Source: Rebecca billardiae RCC1528
Taxonomy: Eukaryota > Protista > Haptophyta
Length of the DNA: 64,000 nucleotides
NCBI GenBank assembly: GCA_965240325.2
Contig: OZ251247.1
Coordinates: 558,001 to 622,000, forward strand
Reading direction: 5' to 3'
Numbering within the stretch: the first letter of the stretch is position 1; the number at the start of each line of letters is the position of its first letter. Under the pieces are notes generated by a model. That model was not told the DNA's origin, did not search any database, and was given only the letters and a program-made list of their open reading frames with translations. The translations under genes and the position numbers were made by a program. Below, piece after piece: positions 59,838 through 64,000 of the stretch.

Positions 59838-62800
59838 GCGGCGGGGGCGGCGCCGCGTGGTGCGGTACGCCGCGCGTCGAGCGTAGCGGCGGTGCCGGCG
59901 CCCTCCGTGCCGCGTGGCGCGGCCACCGCGCCCCCCGGCGCAGCCGCCGCCGCCGCAGCCGCCGCCGCCGCACCGCCACTGGGCGGCGCGCCGCCGCGCG
60001 CGGCCGCGCCGGCCGCGCCGCCGGCCGCGGCCGCCGCCGAGCCCACCGCCGCCGCCGAGCCCGCGGCCGGGGCGGCGGCGGGGCAGCACGCGCCGCCGCC
60101 GTCGAGCTCTGCCGACCCACCGCGCCTCGGTGCCGCGGAGCCGCCGCCCACGGACCCGGCCGCCGGGACAGGGCCGCCGCACCCTCACCCTCACCCTCAC
60201 CCTAACCCTAACCCTAACCCTAACCCGCACCCGCCGCACCCGCCGCCGGCCGCTGCCGCGCCCGCGGCCGTGCGCGGCGGCCGCGGCGGCGCGCGCGCGG
60301 TGGCGGCGGCGCGCGCCGCGCGCGGGGCTGGCGGCGGCGCCGCGCCGACGGCGCCGCTCAAGATCGTCGCGGTGGGCGCGGCGGCACTCGCCGACGCGCC
60401 GCCGCCGCCCGCCGCGCTGCGCACCCGAATGGCGGCGATCGCAGCAGCTGCGGGCGCGGGCGGCGGTGGCGGCGGCGCGGGCGGCGGCGGCGCTGACGGC
60501 GGTGGCGCGGGCGGCGCGCGCTCGCAGCCGCCGGCGGGCGCGGCGGTGGAGGCGCGCTCGCCGCCCGCGCCGCCCACGTTCTGGCGCTCTGCGGCTGGCG
60601 CCGCCGCCAGCGGCATTGGCGCGGGCGGCGGCGCGGCGCCGCCGCCCGCCGCCGCCGCGGGCGCGGCCGCCGGGCGCGGCGCGGCGCCGCCGTCGCCGCC
60701 GGCGTTCGGCGCCGCGGCTGGCGGCGGCTCGGCGGCTGTGCTCGCGGCGCGGCGCGCGGTGGGCGCGGACTCGACGAGCCCGCCGGGCACCCATCTCCGG
60801 AACGGCCGCGCAAGCCCGCCGCCGCCGCCGCCGCCGCCGCCGGCCGCGCCGCCGCCGCCGGCCGCGCCACCGCTGCTGGCGTCCGCGCCGCCGCGCGCGC
60901 CGCTGCCGCCGCAGCAGCCGCAGCAGCCGTCGCCGCCGCCCGGCGTGGCCGGCGGTGGCGGCGCGGCGATGAGCGCCGCGGCTGCTGCCGCCGCCGCCGA
61001 GCGCGAGGCGATAGCCGTCGCAGCCGCCACCGCCGCCGCCGAGCGCGCCGCCGCGCGCGCCGCGGCCGGCGGCGGCGCCGCGCCGCGCGGCGGCGCCGCG
61101 CGGCGCGCCGCTGCCGCCGGCGCGCATGGTGGCGGCGGCGCGGCGCCGTTCGTGCGCGCGGCGTCGTTCGCCGTGCGCGCCGCGCCGCCGCAGCGCGTGC
61201 CGCCGCCGCCCATGCCGCGCCGCGCGCAGTCGTCTCTCGAGCTGCCCACAGCGCCCGCGCGCGGCGCGGCCGCGGCGCGCGCGGGCGGCGCGGCGGCGCG
61301 CGGCGGCGGTGGCGCCGGCGCGGCCGCCAACGCCGCCGCCGCCAACGCCGCCTTCGGCGGCGGCGCCGCCGCGCAGGGTGCCACGCTGGAGCAGGTGCTG
61401 CTGCAGCGGCGGTGCGGCGGGCTCGGGCCATCCGCGCCGCCGCCGGCCCCGCCGCCGCTGCACCCGCCGCCGCCCTCGCCGACGCGGCCGCCGCGCGCCG
61501 CCGCCGCCGCCGGCCGCGGCGTTGGCGGCCATGCTGCCGCCGCCGCCGCCTGCCGCGGCGCCGAGCCGGCGGCGGCCGCCGCGGCGCCGCCGGGCACTGG
61601 CGTGGCCGGCAGCGCGGCGCGGCGCGGGAGCGCGGGCGTGCAGCCGCCGGCGCCGCCGCTGCTGCAGTTCGATCCGCGCGCGCAGCCCGCTGGCGGCGGC
61701 GCGCGCGGCGGCGCACGCGCAGGCGGCGGCGGCGGCGGCGCGGTCAGCGGCAGTGCCGGCGGCGGCGGCGCGGCCGCGGCCGCCGCGCGCCGCCGGGGCT
61801 CGGCCTCCGCCGGGGCGACGCCGAGGGCCGGACTGGCTGAACCCACCGGACCCGCCGAGTGCACCGGACCCGCCGTCCTTGCCGCCTCCGGCGCGGCGAT
61901 GCGCGTGGCTGCGCCGCCGCCGCCGCCGCCGCGGCCCGCGCCGCTGCCGCCGCCGCCGCGCGCGCCGCGCGCCGGCAGCGCGCGCGCGCGCAGTCGGGGC
62001 GTTTGCGATGGCGCGGGCGTGGCGGTGGCGCCGCGTGCCGCGGCAGCGGCTGCCGCCGAGCGGCCGCCGCCCCGCGGCCGCGCGTGCGAGCGCGAGTCGC
62101 CGAGCGCTGGCGCCGCTGCGGACGCCGCCGCCGCTGCCGCCGCCGCGCCGCGGCCGGCTCGCGCGCCGAGCCAGGTGCAGCCCGCGCCAAACCCGAACCC
62201 GAACCCGAACCCGAGTCCGAACCCGAGCCAGGTGCAGCCCGCGCCGACGGCGGTGGCGGCCGAGGCGAGGGTTAGGGTCAACCCTACCCCTAACCCTAAC
62301 CCTAACCCTAACCCTAAGCCGGCGGGGGCGGGGGCGGCACTGTCCGCCAGCGCCGCCGGCCGCGCCGCCAGCGCCGGCCGCCGGCGCTCGGCTGACTCGT
62401 CGGCAACCGCCGTCTCGCCCGCCGCTCGCGGCTCCGATGGCGCCGCCGCCGCCGCCGCCGCCGCGGCTGGCTCGGCGGTGGCGGGCGGCGCGCGCCGGCT
62501 CACGCCGCGCCCCGCGTGTGCGGGCGGCGCTGGGCACACGCCCGCCGCCGCGCGGCCGCTGCGCCCCAGTTCCGGCAGTGTAGCCTCCGGAGCGGGCGGC
62601 GGTGGCGGTGGCGGCTCCGCGCACGCGCCGCCGCCGCCGCCGCCGCCGAGCGCGCTGCTCGCGGCCTTCGACTTCGATTCCGCGGACGCGGACGGCGGCG
62701 CACTCTGCGGGTGGGGTGGCGGCGGCGGCGCGGCCGGCGGCAGCCGCGGCAGCCTCTTCCCGGACGGGCCGGACTGGGGCGGCGGTGGCGCGCTGGGAGG

Positions 62801-63023
62801 GTGGGGCGCCGAGGGCGCTGTGGGCGCCAGCGCCGGCGGCGACGGAGGCGGCGGTCCCGGAGGCGGCGGCGCCAGCCTCGCCGCCGCCGCCGCCGCCGCC
62901 GCCGCCATCGTCACCCGCGCCGCGCACGGCGTGCCGCTGCCGCAGGGCGGCGGCGGTGGCGGTGGCGTGCCCGGCGGTGCCGGGCCGCCCGGTGGTGGCG
63001 CTGCGCCCTCGCCGCTGACGTAG
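54739..63023 (+). CDS. Cytosolic carboxypeptidase (M14, Nna1/CCP/AGBL tubulin deglutamylase type), multi-exon; well-supported introns 56281-56490, 56836-57113, 57667-57838, 58058-58234; the 5' part and the low-complexity tail are uncertain
   Basis: FESRFESG|[24 protein letters not shown]…GNHR…DLNRKW, DLHAHS, TVE motifs, joined in frame by GT-AG introns. Confidence 0.9.
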
Positions 63024-64000
63024 CGCGGGCGTTCAGCGGAGCATCCAGCGGGCGCTGGCGGCATGATATATGGCGCGCGCACTTGTCAGACGGAGTGCCT
63101 CGTCCGCGCCGCTCCTCGCCGGCCGGCGGCGGGCCTGGTGGGCCTGTCGTTTTATTATACGCTGATATGATGATGACGACGCGAGAGCCCATATATCGTC
63201 GTCAAATTGGCGATCGATGATGCATGACATTCGCCGTATAATATATATATATATATATAGCGCGTCGCGCCGCGTTTCTGAAAGGCTTGGCTTGCGAGCC
63301 GGCGAGATCGACACGCGGAGGACAAAAGAAAATCATATTCCTGCTTCGTCGCACCAATAGACTAAACGAAGATCGGACGGAGATCGTGGTCTTCAGATGC
63401 AAGACCTGGAAGCCCCCCTTGGGAGTTTTCAGTTGGGGCTCTCAACGCGGCCCGGCGAGGCGGACTTCTTAGGATTCTGAGGATCCTAGAGCACGGGCGG
63501 CCGGCGGGCGAGCACACGACGCCGCCCTGCGGCGGGGAGCCGTCCGCGCCGTGCACGCTCACTGGCACCCACGTCTCCTCCGCCGCGCTGCTCGCCTCCC
63601 GTCCACGTCGTCTGACCGACGCCCGTCGGCACGTGACGTTCACGTTGCCCACGTCGCGCTCTCAGTGGGAGCGCGACGAGCACGCCGCTGCCCGCACCCT
63701 TCGATGCTTTCCTCTTCGCATCGGGCGCGCTCGTGCTGTGGAGCCTGCGCGTGCAGGAGGAGGAGCTCTTTCTCAATCAACGTCGTGCGCGCCCGCCTTC
63801 ATTCACGCTGCGCCGCGCGGAGGGGGAGAGCGCGCGCGGCTGGGCGCCCGCTCGGCCGGCTGCTGGGCTCGCGCAAGTCGGAAGTTCCGGCGCTCGACCT
63901 GACGCTCCCCAGCGAGGAGGCCGAACAGATGGATGTCCCAGCTGCGGCTCACTGTGAGAGCAGCTTGTGGGAGCGGGCTCCTGCACGGCACGGTTTGTAA

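Noticed and set aside
57792-63082. 1711-aa and 961-aa antisense ORFs
   Set aside because: Low-complexity antisense shadows of the carboxypeptidase region in DNA with very few A/T.

Overview
Very GC-rich eukaryotic genomic DNA with GT-AG spliceosomal introns and TTAGGG-type repeats. A haptophyte-like alga is plausible but is inference only. The window is dominated by a same-strand family of intronless F-box + RCC1-repeat (beta-propeller) genes: 15 units, including two pseudogenes and one in-frame double fusion. Their DNA framework is nearly invariant, while short loop positions in every repeat are hypervariable and shuffled between copies, like a receptor repertoire. Three 4.3-4.8 kb non-coding elements with split direct repeats (A..B-A-C-B, TOC1/PAT/Ngaro-like) sit in consecutive spacers of the second gene cluster. 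Also present: an 11-exon BiP-like Hsp70 with a long LRGG-containing presequence and an EEID tail, whose introns 4 and 6 each carry a U17/snR30-like snoRNA; a 1.2 kb TIR element with a 4-bp TSD; a loop-less 590 bp foldback built around (TA)n; a TSD-flanked 2 kb orphan-ORF insertion with a (TA)n tail; a urea transporter; an AlkD-like DNA repair gene; and a cytosolic carboxypeptidase (M14 Nna1/AGBL). Most other ORFs in the track are shadow ORFs caused by high GC content.
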